NCBI RefSeq assembly: GCF_044704955.1
Contig: NC_091995.1
Coordinates: forward strand, 51,460,001 to 51,524,000
Length of the DNA: 64,000 nt
Reading direction: 5' to 3'
From: Pristiophorus japonicus
Lineage: Eukaryota
Both the position numbers and the translations under genes were made by a program. Below, one piece after another: positions 1-12,460 of this stretch; positions within the stretch are counted from its first letter, which is position 1, and every line of letters begins with the position of its first letter. Under the pieces are notes generated by a model that saw only the letters and a list, made by a program, of their open reading frames with translations, did not search any database and was not told the DNA's origin.

Positions 1-1729
1 TGAACACGTACTTTGATTCTGTCTTCACAAAGGAAGACACAAATAACCTTCCGGATGTACTAGGGGACTGAAGGTCTAGTGAGAAGGAGGAACTGAAGGA
101 TATCCTTATTCGGCGGGAAATTGTGTTAGGGAAATTGACATGATTGAAGGCCGATAAATCCCCAGGGCCTGATAGTCTATATCCCAGAGTACTTAAGGAA
201 TGGCCCTAGAAATAGTGGATGCATTGGTGATAATTTTCCAACAGTCGATCGACTCTGGATCAGTTCCCATGGACTGGAGGGTTGCTAATGTAACACCACT
301 TTTTGAAATAGGAGGTAGAGAGAAAACAGGTAATTTTAGATCGGTTAGCCTGACATCGGTGGTGGGAAAAATGTTGGAATCAATCATTAAGGATCAAATA
401 GCAGTGCATTTGGAGAGCAGTGATAGGATTGGTCAAAGTCAGCATGGATTTATGAAAGGGAAATCATGCTTGACAAATCTTTTGAAATTTTTTGAAGAAG
501 TAGCAAGTAGAGTGGACAAGGGAGAACCAGTGGATGATGTGTATTTGGACTTTCAAATGGCTTTTGACAAGGTCCCACACAGGAGATTGGTGTGCAAAAT
601 CAAAGCACATGGTATTGGGCGTAATGTACTGACGTGGATAGAGAACTGGTTGGCAGACAGGAAGCAGAGAGTCGGGATTAATGGGTCCTTTTCAGAATGG
701 CAGGCAGTGACTAGTGGAGTGCCGCAGGGCTCAGTGCTGGGACCCCAGCTCTTTACCATATACATTAATGATTTGGATGAAGGAATTAAGTGTAATATCT
801 CCAAGTTTGCAGATGACACTAAACTGAGTGGTGGTGTGAGCTGTGAGGACGAAGCTAAGACTTGGTGACTTGGACAGTTTAGGTGAGAGGGCAAATACGT
901 GGCAGCTGCAGTATAATGTAGATAAATGAGAGGTTTTCCACTTTGGGGGCAAAAACACATAGGCAGAATATTATCTGAATGGCGGAAGATTATGAAAAGG
1001 GGAGGTGCAGCGAGACCTGGGTGTCATGGTTCATCAGTCATTGAAAGTTGGCATGCAGGTGCAGCAGGCGGTGAAGAAGGCAAATGGTATGTTGGCCTTC
1101 ATAGCAAGGGGATTTGAGTATAGGAGCAGAAAAGTCTTGCTGCAGTTGCACAGGGACTTGCTGAGGCCCCACCTGGAATATTGTGTTGTTTTGGTCTCCT
1201 AATCAGAGGAAGGACGTTCTTGCTATTGAGGGAGTGCAGCGAAGGTTAACCAGACTGATTCCAGGGATGGTTGGGCTGGCATATGAGGAGAGATTGGATC
1301 AACTGGGCCTTTATACACTGGAGTTTAGAAGGATGAGAGGGAATCTCATAAAAACATAAAAGATTCTGACTGGACTGGACAGGTTAGATGCGTGAAGAAT
1401 GTTCCCAATGTTGGGGAAGTCCAGAACCAGGGGACACAAACTTAGGATAAGGGGCAGGCCGTTTAGGACTGGGGTGAGGAGAAACTTGTTCACTCAGAGA
1501 GTTGTTAAGGTGTGGAATTCCCTGCTGCAGAGAGTTGTTGATGCCAGTTCATTCGATATATTCAAGAGGCAGTTACATATGGCCCATGCAGCTAAAGGGA
1601 TGAAGGGGTATGGAGAGAAAGCATGAAAGGGATACTGAAGGAATGATCAGTCATGATCTTATTGAATTGTGGTGCAGGCTCGAAGGGCCGAATGGCCTAC
1701 TCCTGCACCTATTTTCTATGTTTCTATGT
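1..1729 (+). mobile_element. CR1 LINE, 3' part (RT domain, 3' UTR), frameshifted; inserted into the next CR1
   Basis: ORF 200-868 has CR1 RT motifs ([29 protein letters not shown]). Ends in a TTTCTATG tail at about 1713-1729. Confidence 0.95.
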
Positions 1730-3552
1730 TATAGATATGTGAAGATAAAAAGATGAGTGAAAGCAAATGTAGGTCCCTTTCAGTCAGATTCAGGTGAATT
1801 TATAATGGGAAACAAAGAAATGACGGACCAGTTAAACAAATACTTTGGTTCTGTTTTCACAATGAAGACACAAATAACCTTCCGGAAATACTAGGGGACT
1901 GAGGGTCTAGTGAGTAGGAGGAACTGAAGGATATCCTTATTAGGCGGGAAATTGTGTTAGGGAAATTGATGGGATTGAAGGCCAATTAAATCCCTGGGGC
2001 CTGATAGTCTGCATCCCAGACTACTTAAGGAAGTGGCCATAGAAATAGTGGACGCATTGGTGATAATTTTCCAACAATCTATCGACTCTGGATCAATTCC
2101 TATGGACTGGAGGCTAGCAAATGTAACACTACTGTTTAAAAAATGAGGGAGAGAGAAAACGGGTAATTATAGACCGGTTAGCCTGACATCAGTAGTGGGG
2201 AAAATGTTGGAATCAATTCTTAAAGATGAAATAACAGCGCATTTGGAAAGCAGTGATGGGATCGGTCCAAGTCAGTGTGGATCTATAAAAGGAAAATCAT
2301 GCTTCAGAAATCTGCTGGAATTTTTTGAGGATGTAACGAGTAGAGTGTACACGGGAGAATCAGTGGATGTGGTGTATTTGGACTTTCAAAAGAGTTTTGA
2401 CAAAGTCCCACACAAGAGATTGGCATGCAAAATCAAAGCACTTGATATTGGGGGTAATGTACTGATGTGGATAGAGAACTGGTTGGCAGACAAGAAGCAG
2501 AGAGCCTGGATAAACAGGTCCTTTTCAGAATGGCAGGCAGTGACTATTGTGGTGCAAGGCTCAATGTTGTGACCCCAGCTATTTACAATATGCATTAATG
2601 ATTTCGATGAAGGAATTGAGTATAACATCTCCAAGTTTGCAGCTGACATTAAACAGGGTGGCGGTGTGAGCTGTGAGGAGGACGCTAAAAGGTGGACAGG
2701 TTAGGTGTGTGGGCAAATGCATGGCAGATGCAGTATAATGTGGAAAAATGTGAGGTTATCCACTTTGGTGGCAAAAACACGAAGGCAGAATATTATCTGA
2801 ATGGTGGCAGATTATGAAAGGAGGAGGTGCAACGAGACCTGGGTGTCATGGTTCATCAGTCATTGAAAGTTAGTATGCAGGTACAGCAGGCGGCGAAGAA
2901 GGCAAATGGTATGTTGGCCTTCATAGCTAGGGGATTTGAGTATAGGAGCTGGGAGGTCTTACTGCAGTTGTACATGGCCTTTATGAGGTCTCACCTGGAA
3001 TATGGTGTTCAGTTTTGGTCTCCTAATCTGAGGAAGGATGTTTTTGCTATTGATGGAGTGCAGCAAAGCATCACTAGACTGATTCCCGGGATGGCGGGAC
3101 TGACATACGAGGAGACACTGGATCAACTGGGCCTTGATGCCCTGGAGTTTAGAAGGATGAGAGGGGATTTCATAGAAACTTATAAGATTCTGATGGGACT
3201 GGACAGGTTATATGTGGGAAGAATGTTCCCGATGTTTGGGAAGTCCAGAAGCAGGGGACACAGTCGTTGGATAAGGGGTCGGCCATTTAGGACTTTGATG
3301 AGGAGAAACCTCTTCACTCAGACAGTTGTTAACCTGTGGAATTCCCTAACGCAGAGAGTTGTTGATGCCAGTTCACTGGATATATTCCAGAGGGAGTTAG
3401 ATATAGCCCTTATGGCTAACGGGATCAAGGGGTATGGAGAAAAAGCAGGAAAGGTGTACTGAGGAAATGATCAGCCATGATCTTATTGAATGGTGGTGCA
3501 GGCTCGTAGGGCCGAATGGCCTACTCCTGCATCTATTTTCTATGTTTCTATG
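1730..3552 (+). mobile_element. CR1 LINE, 3' part (ORF2 RT to tail), decayed; inserted into a Gypsy pol gene
   Basis: Resumes mid-ORF2 (atagatatgtgaag, compare 7903 onward). RT ORFs at 2195-2572 and 2827-3462; tail at about 3536-3552. Confidence 0.95.
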
Positions 3553-5346
3553 AAACAAGATCAATACCCATTACCGAAGGCTGATGACCTGTTTGCAAAA
3601 CTAGCCGTAGGGAAGTTGTTCACAAACTGGATCTGACATCAACCAACATGACACAGGAGCTGGTCGACATGTCAAAGAAACTTTCATGCATCAACACTTG
3701 TAAAGGACTGTTTATCTACAACCGGTGTCATTTTGGAATTCGCTGGGCTGCAGCCATATTTCAGAGCAATGTGGAGAGTCTACTGAAATCCGTCCCCAGA
3801 ACCTTCGTGTTCCAAGATGACATACTGGTCACAGGTCATGACTCCGCTGAACATCTGAGCAACCTTGAAGAGGTTTTACATTGTCTGGAGAAAGTGGGAC
3901 TCAGACTGAAACGCTCGAAGTGCATCTTCATGGCACCGGAAGTCAAATTCCTCGGGAGGAAAATTGCTGCTGACAGTATCAAACCTATGGATTCGAAAAC
4001 TAAGGCCATCAAAAATGCACCCAAGCCTCAGAATGTCATGGAGCTGCATTCGTTCCTTGGTCTACTCAATTACTTTGGTAATTTCTTACCTAGATTGAGC
4101 ACCTTATTCGAACCACTGCTCATGCTGCCAAGAAAAGGTGACAATTGGGTTTGGGGTGCATCTCAAGATAAAGCTTTTGAGAAAACTACTCATCTACTTT
4201 GCTCAAACAAATTGAAGTTACACTGTGACCCGTGTAAGCATCTAGTATTGGCCTGTGATGCTTTGTCATATGGAGTTGGTTGCGTGCTCCAACAAACTAA
4301 TGAGTCGGGAAAATTACAACCTGTTGCATATGCTTCAAAACGTTTGCCATAGGTGAAAAGAGCCTACGGCATGGTCGAGAAAGAAGCACTGGCCTGTGTG
4401 TATGGGGTTAAAAAGATGCATCAATATCTGTTTGGTCTTCCTTTTGAACAGGAAACAGATCACAAGCCATTCATTTCATTGTTTTTGGAAAACAAAGATA
4501 TCAATACCAATGCATCATCCCGCATCCAGAGGTGGGCGCTGACATTATCTGCCTATGATTAGGTCATTCGCCATAGACCTGGCACTGAGAATTGTGCTGA
4601 TGCATTGAGCCATCTCCCGTTGTCCACACCGGAGGTTGAAACACCACAACCGGCAGACTTACTGTTCATCATGGATGATTTTGAAAGTGAAGGAACCCTT
4701 GTAATGGCCCAACAAGTTAAGACCTGGATCAGCCAGGATCCAATATTATCGGTTGTGAAACGTTGTATCCTTCGTGGTGATTGGTCTGCCATACCCAAGC
4801 AAATGTGTGAGGAGACCAGACCTTACATCTGTCGCAAAGACAAACTATCCATTCAATCAGATTGTATACTGTGGGGTAATCTTGTTGTTATGTTCAAGAA
4901 AGGCAGAGATAAATTTGTGCATGATCTACATAGCAAGCATCCCGGTAATGTCATGATGAAAGCCATTGCCAGGTCTCATCTATGGTGGCCTGGAATTGAC
5001 TCTGATCTGGAATCATGTGTGCATCAGTGCAACACTTGCATGCAGCTTAGTAAAGCACCAGCAGAATCGCCGCTGAGTCTGTGGTCATGGCCATCCAAAC
5101 CATGGTCCAGGATCCACATCGATTTTGCAGGTCCCTTCCTGGGAAATATGTTTTTCGTTGTGGTGGATGCTTATTCCAAGTGGATAGAGTGTACAATCAT
5201 GTCATCCAGCACATCCACAGCTACCATTAAGAGCCTTCATGTCATGTTTGCTATGCATGGTCTGCCTGACACCATTGTCAGTGAAAACGGATCTTACTTC
5301 ACCAGTATGGAGTTTCAAGAGCTCATGAAACTCAATGATATCAAAC
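3553..5346 (+). mobile_element. Gypsy (Mag-like) LTR retrotransposon A: pol fragment (RT, RNase H, integrase N-terminal half), with stops
   Basis: QDQYPLPKADDLF, RT FQDD, LACDA..YGVG, EKEALA, ETDHKP, integrase H..H/C..C zinc finger and WSRIHIDFAGP. Confidence 0.93.
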
Positions 5347-5550
5347 GGGGATCGGCGGCAGCGTCGGAGAGGCCGAGCAGTCATTCCTAAGGCCTATAAA
5401 GGCCCAGCGGGAGTCCGGGGGTCGGCAACAACGTCGGAGAGGCCGAACAGTCATTCCTAAGGCCTATAAAGGCCCAGCGGGAGTCCGGGGATCGACGGCA
5501 GCGTCAGAGAGGCCGAGCAGGAGTTCGTGAGGCCTATGAAGGCCGACTGG
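5347..5550 (+). repeat. 70-bp tandem monomers (about 2.9 copies) at the CR1 5' end; units 1-2 carry TATAAA, unit 3 TATGAA
   Basis: Units start at 5347, 5417 and 5487 (ggggatcggcggcagcgtcggagaggccgagcagtcattcctaaggcctataaaggcccagcgggagtcc). Confidence 0.9.
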
Positions 5551-8500
5551 TTCAGCTGCAGCAATGAAGCAAAAAAGAAATAGAAAGAAATCAAAAGGTG
5601 ACGTCACAGCCAAGGGGGTAAGTGATTGGTGGTAGTTTTTCTTTCTTTTTTCTTTTCTATGTCAGTAAGTAACATTCAGCATTATTGTTGCTAAATTAAG
5701 TTTATCTAAGGGTTAAGTCATGGCAGGACAGCTCGGCCATGTGTTATGCTCCTCCTGTACTAATGTGGGAAGTCAGGGACGCTTCCGGTGTCCCTGATGA
5801 CTCCGTGTGTGGGAAGTGTATCCGCCTCCAGCTCCTGATGGACCGCATTGCAGCACTGGAGCTGCAGGTGGATTCACTCTGGAGCATCCACGATGCTGAG
5901 AATGATGTGAATAGCATGTTTAGTGAGTTGGTCTCACGGCAGGCAAAGGGTACTCGGCCAGAAAGTAAATGGGTGACCAGCAGGAATAGCAGTTCAGGGA
6001 AGGTAGGACAGGGGCCCTCTGCGGTCATCCCCCTGCAAAACAGATACACCACTTTGGGTACTGTTGAAGGGGATGACTCATCAGGGGGGAGCAGCAGCAG
6101 CCAGGTTCATGGCACCATGGACGGCTCTGCTGCACAGGAGGGCAGGAAAAGAGTGGGAGAGCGATAGTGATCGGGGATTCAATTGTAAGGGGAATAGATA
6201 GGCGTTTCTGTGGCCGCAACTGAGACTCCAGGATGGTATGTTGCCTCCCTGGTGCAAGAGTCAAGGATGTCTCGGAGCGGGTGCACGACATTCTGAAAAG
6301 GGAGGGTGAACAGCGAGTTGTCGTGGTGCACATAGGTACCAATGATATAGGTAAAAAATGGGATGAGGTCCTATGAGACGAAATTAGGGAGCTGCGAGCT
6401 AAATTAAAAAGTAGGACCTCAAAAGTAGCAATCTCAGGATTGCTACCAGTGCCATGTGCTAGTCAGAGTAGGAATCGCAGGATAGCTCAGATGAATACGT
6501 GGCTTGAGAACTGATGCAGAAGGAAGGGATTCAAATTCCTGGGACATTGGAACCGGTTCTGGGGGAGGTGGGACCAGTACAAACCGGAGGGTCAACACCT
6601 AGGCAGGACCAGAAACAATGTCCTAGGGGGAGTGTCTGCTAGTGCTGTTGGGGAGGAGTTAAACTAACATGGCAGGGGGATGGGAGCCGATGTAGGGAGA
6701 CAGAGAGAAATAAAATGGAGGCAGGAGCAAAAGTTAGAAAGGAGAATAGTAAAAGTGGAGGCAGAGAAACCCAAGGCAAAAAACAAAAAGGGCCACATTA
6801 CAACAAAATTCTAAAGTGGCAAAGTGTGTTAAAAAGACAAGCCTGAAGGCTCTGTGCCTCAATGCGAGGAGTATTTGGAATATGGTGGAAGAATTAACTG
6901 CGCAGACAGCAGTTAATGGATATGATGTAATTGGCATCACGGAGACATGGCTCCAGGGTGACCAAGGATGGAAACTCAACATCCAGGGGTATTCAACATT
7001 TAGGATGGATAGGCAGAGAGGAAAGGGAGGTGGGGTGGCATTGCTGGTTAAAGAGGAAATTAATGCAATAGTCAGGTGGGACATTAGCCTGGATAATGTG
7101 GAATCAGTATGCGTGGAGCTGCGGAATACTAAAAGGGCAGAAAACGCTCGTGAGAGTTGTGTACAGACCACCAAACAGTAGTAGTGAGGTTGGGGACAGC
7201 ATCAAATAAGAAATAAGGGATGTGTGCAATAAGGGTGCAGCAGTTATCATGGGCGACTTTAATCTACATATCGATTGGGCTAACCAAACTGGTAGCAATG
7301 TGGTGGAAGAGGAATTCCTAAAGTGTATTACGGATGGTTTTCTAGACCAATATGTCGAGGAACCAATTGGAGAGCTGGCCATCCTAGACTGGGTGATGTG
7401 TAACGAGAAGGGACTAATTAATAATCATGTTGTGCGAGGCCCCTTGGCGAAGAGTGACCATAATATGGTTGAATTATTTATTAAGATGGAGAGTGACACA
7501 GATAATTCAGAAACTAGAGTTCTGAACTTAAGGAAAGGTAACATCAACGGTATGAGGTGTGAATTGGCTAGAATGGACTGTCAAAGGACACTTAAAGGGT
7601 TGACGGTGGATAAGCAATGGAAGCATTTAAAGATCACATGGATGAACTTCAGCAATTGTACATCCCTGTCTGGAGTAAAAAATAAAACGGAAAAGGTGGG
7701 TCAACCGTGGCTAACAAGGGAATTAAGGATAGTTTTAAAACCAAGGAAGAGGCATAAAAATTGGTGAACAAAAACAACAAACCTGAGCACTGGATGAAAT
7801 TTAGAATTCAACAGAGGAGGTCTAAGGGTTTAATTAAGAGGGGAAAAATAGAGTACGAGAGGAAGCTTGCAGAGAACATAAAAACTGACTGCAAAAGATT
7901 CTATAAATATGTGAAGAGAAAAAGTTTAGTGAAGAGAAATGTAGGTCCGTTGCAGTAGGATTCAGGTGAATTTATAATGAGGAACAAAGAAATAGCAGAC
8001 CAATTGAACAAATACTTCGGTTCTGTCTCCACGAAGGAAGACACAAATAAACTTCCGAACGTAGTAGGGGTCAATGGGTCTAGTGAGAAGGAGGAAGTGA
8101 AGGATATCATTATTATGCGGGAAATTGTGTTAGGGAAATTGATGGGATTGAAGGCTGATAAATCCCTGCGGCCTGATAGTCTGCATCCCAGAGTACATAA
8201 GGATGTGGCCCTAGAAATAGTGGATGCATTGGTGGTCATTTTCCACAGTCTATCGATTCTGAATCAGTTCCTATGGACTGGAGGGTAGCTAATGTAAAAC
8301 CACTTTTTAAAAAGGGAGGGAGATAGAAAACGAGTAATTATACCTAACAACAGTAGTGGGGAAAATGCTGGAATCAATCATTAAGGACGAAATAGCAGCG
8401 CATTTAGAAAGCAGTGACAGGATCGGTCCAAATCAGCATGGATTTATGAAAGGGAAATCATGCTTGACGAATCTTCTGGAATTTTTTGAGCATGTAACTA

Positions 8501-9726
8501 GCAGAGTGGACAAGGGACAACCAGTGGATGTGGTGCATTTAGACTTTCAAAAGGCCTTTGACAAGGTCCCGCACAAGAGATTGGTTGCAAAATCAAAGCG
8601 CATGGTATTGGGGCTAATGTACTGATGTGGATAAGGAACTAGTTGGCAGACAGGAAGCAGAGAGTCAGGATAAATGGGTCCTTTTCAGAATGGCAGGCAA
8701 TGACTAGTGGAGTGCCGCAGGGTTCAGTGCTGGGACCCAGCTCTTTACAATATAGATTAACGATTTAGATGAAGGAATTGAGTGTAATCTCTCCAAGTTT
8801 GCAGATGACACTAAACTGGGTGGCAGTGTGAGCTGTGAGGAGGATGCCAAGAGGCTGCAGGGTTACTTGGACAGGTGAGGTGAGTGGGCAAATGCATGGC
8901 AGATGCAGTATGTGGATAAATGTGAGGTTATCCATTTTGGGGATAAACACACGAAGGCAGAATATTATCTGAATGGCGGCAGATTAGGAAAAGGGGAGGT
9001 GCAACGAGACCTGGGGGTCATGGTTCATCAGTCATTGAAAGTTGGCATGCAGGTACAGCAGGCGGTGAAGAAGGCAAATGTTGGTCTTCATAGCTGGGGG
9101 ATTTGAGTATAGGAGCAGGCAGGTCTCACTGCATTTGTACAGGGCCTTAGTGAGGTCTCACCTGGAATATTGTGCTCAGTTTTGGTCTCCTAATCTGAGG
9201 AAAGACGTTCTTGCTATTGAGGGAGTGCAGCGAAGGTTCACCAGACTGATTCCAGGGACGGCTGGACTGTCATATGAGGTGAGACTGGATCGACTGGGCC
9301 TTTATTCACTGGAGTTTAGAAGAATTAGAGGGGATCTCATAGAAACATCTAAAATTCTGACGGGACTGGACCGGTTAGATGCTGGAAGAATGTTCCTGAT
9401 GTTGGGGAAGTCCAGAACCAGAGGACATAGTCTTCGGATAAGGGGTAGGCCATTTAGGACTGAGATGAGGAGAAACCTCTTCACTCAGAGAGTTGTTAAC
9501 CTGTGGAATTCCCTGCCACAGAGTGTTGTTGATGCCAGTTCATTGGATATATTCAAGAGGGAGTTAGGTATGTCTCTTACGGCTGAAGTGATCAAGGGGT
9601 ATGGAGAGAAAGCAAGAAAGGCGTACTGAGGGAATGATCAGCCATGATCTTATTGAATGGCGGTGCAGGCTCAAAGGCCCAATGGCCTATTCCTGCATCT
9701 ATTTTCTATGTTTCTATGTTTCTATG
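5347..9726 (+). mobile_element. Near full-length CR1 LINE (5' UTR, ORF1 zinc finger/coiled coil plus SGNH esterase, ORF2 APE endonuclease plus RT), inactivated
   Basis: ORF1 from ATG 5720 (CSSC..CGKC, IVIGDS, VHIGTND). ORF2 has LNARS, ETWL, GDFN, SDHN and FADD. Tail ends at 9726. The Gypsy integrase reads through once the element is removed. Confidence 0.95.
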
Positions 9727-10479
9727 TGAGGTCAGCAGCATTCAAACCCGCATCCAATGGATAAGCAGAGCATGCGGTCCAAACCATCAAACGTGTAACT
9801 CAAGGTTCACTGCAAATTCGCTTGTCACGCTTATTACTTAGTTGCAGGACAAGACCCCATTTCCTTACCGGGTTCTCCACTGCTGAACTTTTGATGAATA
9901 GAGGTCTCAAGACCAGGCTCTCTCTTGTCCACCCTGACTTGAATAATCATGTTGAATATAGACGTCAAGTAAGCAAGGGTATCATGATCGCACTGCTGTG
10001 TCATGCGAATTTCTATCAATGATCCTGTGTGTGTACTGAATTATGATCAAGATCCCAAATGGATTACCGGTACTGTTATGGCCAAGCAGGGTAACAGAGT
10101 GTTTATCATTAAGCTCAAGAATGGGCAGACATGCAGAAAACATGTCGATCAGATAAAGCTGTGGCACACGGATAAAGCCGAACAGTCTGAGGAAGACATG
10201 AACAGTGACCTACCAACCTACCCTCAGTCATCAGAGGACTCCACTGTTATCAATGAATCTGAACTTTCAATCACTGACACGGGCAATGAATCTGGACTTC
10301 CAATCCCTGACTTGGTCATTGCTATTCCCATCAGGTCGGCTTGCCAACCCCCGGTCATAACAGACTCAAAACGCTCACCTAAGGCTGGAGTTGAACTGAG
10401 ACATTCAACTCAGGATTAGAAAGCCCCGGACTCTCTCAATTTGTAAAAAGACCGTTAGTAATATCTTAAAAGGGGATAT
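9724..10479 (+). mobile_element. Gypsy element A: integrase C-terminal half and polypurine tract
   Basis: HVRSAAFKPASNG continues the integrase broken at 5346; PKWITGTV...RKHVDQIK; purine tract aaaaggggata before the LTR. Confidence 0.9.
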
Positions 10480-10685
10480 TGTCTTGTATATATGCTTGGG
10501 TTTGCTCGCCACCAGGTGGCGCCACTGTAGGAGGTCATTGGGCTGTGCGCACGTGTGTGCGGCCCAGGTACAAAAGGCCAGCCATCTTGTAATGTAATCA
10601 CTTTGGGCCCTAATAAAGTAGAACCAGGTTTGTACCTGTTTGGAGTTTACAATATTCAGTCTATTGAATTGTTGCATACACAACA
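10480..10685 (+). repeat. 3' LTR of Gypsy element A
   Basis: TGTC...AACA termini, follows the PPT, AATAAA at about 10612. Confidence 0.75.
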
Positions 10686-11047
10686 GTTACTGTGCAGGGT
10701 GCAGAGGTCCCAATGTGAGCTCCTGGCCACTCACATCAGCTCTTCAATCTGGAACTCTTCACTCGTGGTCATTCCCCGGAAGAGGCTCTGCTGCTCTTTG
10801 TGAATCCAGGGTCCAGGTTACACATTCCAGCAGTGCTGGTCACCATCAGCAAACCGGAGTAGCGGGATCCCGGAGTCACACTGCACTGTTCACACACACC
10901 CAGGGTTTAGCAGTACAAAAATAAGTAAAATATACAACAGTTTTATATCAATGGGTGAAACTGGCTCCAGAAGGGCTGACGTAACAAGGGGTCGTTGAGT
11001 TACACCTCGTGGTTGTAACAAGAACAGATCAGCACAGGAACTTGCAC

Positions 11048-11256
11048 AACCTGGCGCCAGACTAGCTGAAGATCTCCATAACCTGGCCCCAGACTAGCTG
11101 AAGATCTCCATAACCTGGCTCCAGACCAGCTGAAGGTCTCCATAACCTGGCCCCAGACCAGCTGAAGGTCTCCATAACCTGGCTCCAGCCCAGCTGAAGA
11201 TCTCCATAACCTGCCTCCAGACCAGCTGAAGATCTCCATAACCTGGCTCCAGACTA
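11048..11256. repeat. 32-bp minisatellite (about 6.5 copies)
   Basis: Unit agctgaagatctccataacctggccccagact. Confidence 0.92.
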
Positions 11257-11646
11257 GGTGTGACTCCACAACCCGGGGGCATTGAGATATTTTGAAGATC
11301 TCAGCAAGTCTGAGCCTCCCATGAGTAACACTTTTAGTCAGCGGTTAATCTGGGATACAACTTTTATTGCAGGTAGGGGATTGTATTTTGGGAATCTGAA
11401 TCTTTTCTTAATATTGTTAAAGGAATTATAAATCGTGCAGCAATTGTAGATATTGTTTAATGCTAATGCGGTACTTCTGTGCTATATAATACATGATTAT
11501 CTCCTTTATAAAGCCAAGGTTTATACCTGCAATTTCCTAGTGCAAAAGGGTAAATATATCATTTCAATCGTGTGGTGATCAAGAGGTATTTCCCCAAATT
11601 GAAAAATAACATCACATTGCACCTTTTGGCCTGCATACTCGTCGAT

Positions 11647-11846
11647 GCAGGACTCTTGACCACCTCCCTCCTAAACCAGTGGGAGATCACTACTACATAG
11701 TGCACAGTGATTGGAGCAGGACCCCTGCCATCCCCCTCTCTAAACCGGGCATAGTCAACCCCCACACATTGCACAGTGATCAGAGCAGGACCCTGGTCAT
11801 TCCCCCTTTCTAACCCAGGGGTAGTGCTACCACTCGGTGCAGTAAA
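11647..11846. repeat. Degenerate 69-bp tandem repeat (3 copies)
   Basis: gcaggac...ctaaacc...tgcacagtgat units at 11647, 11716 and 11785. Confidence 0.7.
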
Positions 11847-11869
11847 GCTGCTGACCCAGTCTTCGCGGT

Positions 11870-12180
11870 CCTTCTTGTTTCCCCGACTTCTGTAGGCACC
11901 TCCATTGCTGCCTCCCTTCCTCCACCATTCGGTCCTCTGGCTCTGGGCCTTATTGCACTCCTTCCCTCCCTTCATCCAACTATTAATGGCAAAAACATCT
12001 GTCTGCTCAGCTACTCTCCCTGGAACTCCCTCCCTAAACCCCTCCAGCTCTCTGCATCTCAGCTCCATTATGAAAAACTCCTCATCAATCATGCTTCCGA
12101 CCTTCAGTCACCTCTCCTGACCTCTCTGCCATTGTTTGCCACCCATTCCTCTTCTGTGTAAAGTGCCTTGGGCTTGTAAC
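11870..12180 (+). mobile_element. Old L2-like LINE 3' end fragment
   Basis: ctggaactccctccctaaacccctcc...ctct resembles L2 3' ends (from recall). Confidence 0.45.
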
Positions 12181-12304
12181 AATTTAAAGGTGAAACCTGT
12201 TAGACACTGTAATATCTTGGGCAGAGTTTGAAAATACCGAAATAAACCGGAGGAAAATGAGTTCATGATTTAGAATACCATTGTCATTTCCGACTTTTAC
12301 TTAC

Positions 12305-12460
12305 GGTCACTGTGTGTACACAATAGATGTACTGAGAGCTAGGCACGGGATGATCCCTGTACATCACTCACTGTGTGTACACAATGGATGTACTGAGAGC
12401 TGGGCCCAGGAATACCCATGTACATCAGTCACTGTATGTCCACAATGGATTCACTGAGGG
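12305..12460. repeat. About 60-bp minisatellite, left part of an array split by an insertion
   Basis: gtcactgtgtgtacacaatggatgtactgagagctggg unit, same as 15399-15845. Confidence 0.88.

Noticed and set aside
10686-10890. Minus-strand frame with LLRF...PWI faintly like a class I alpha1
   Set aside because: Two stops, and no YW or other diagnostic motif.
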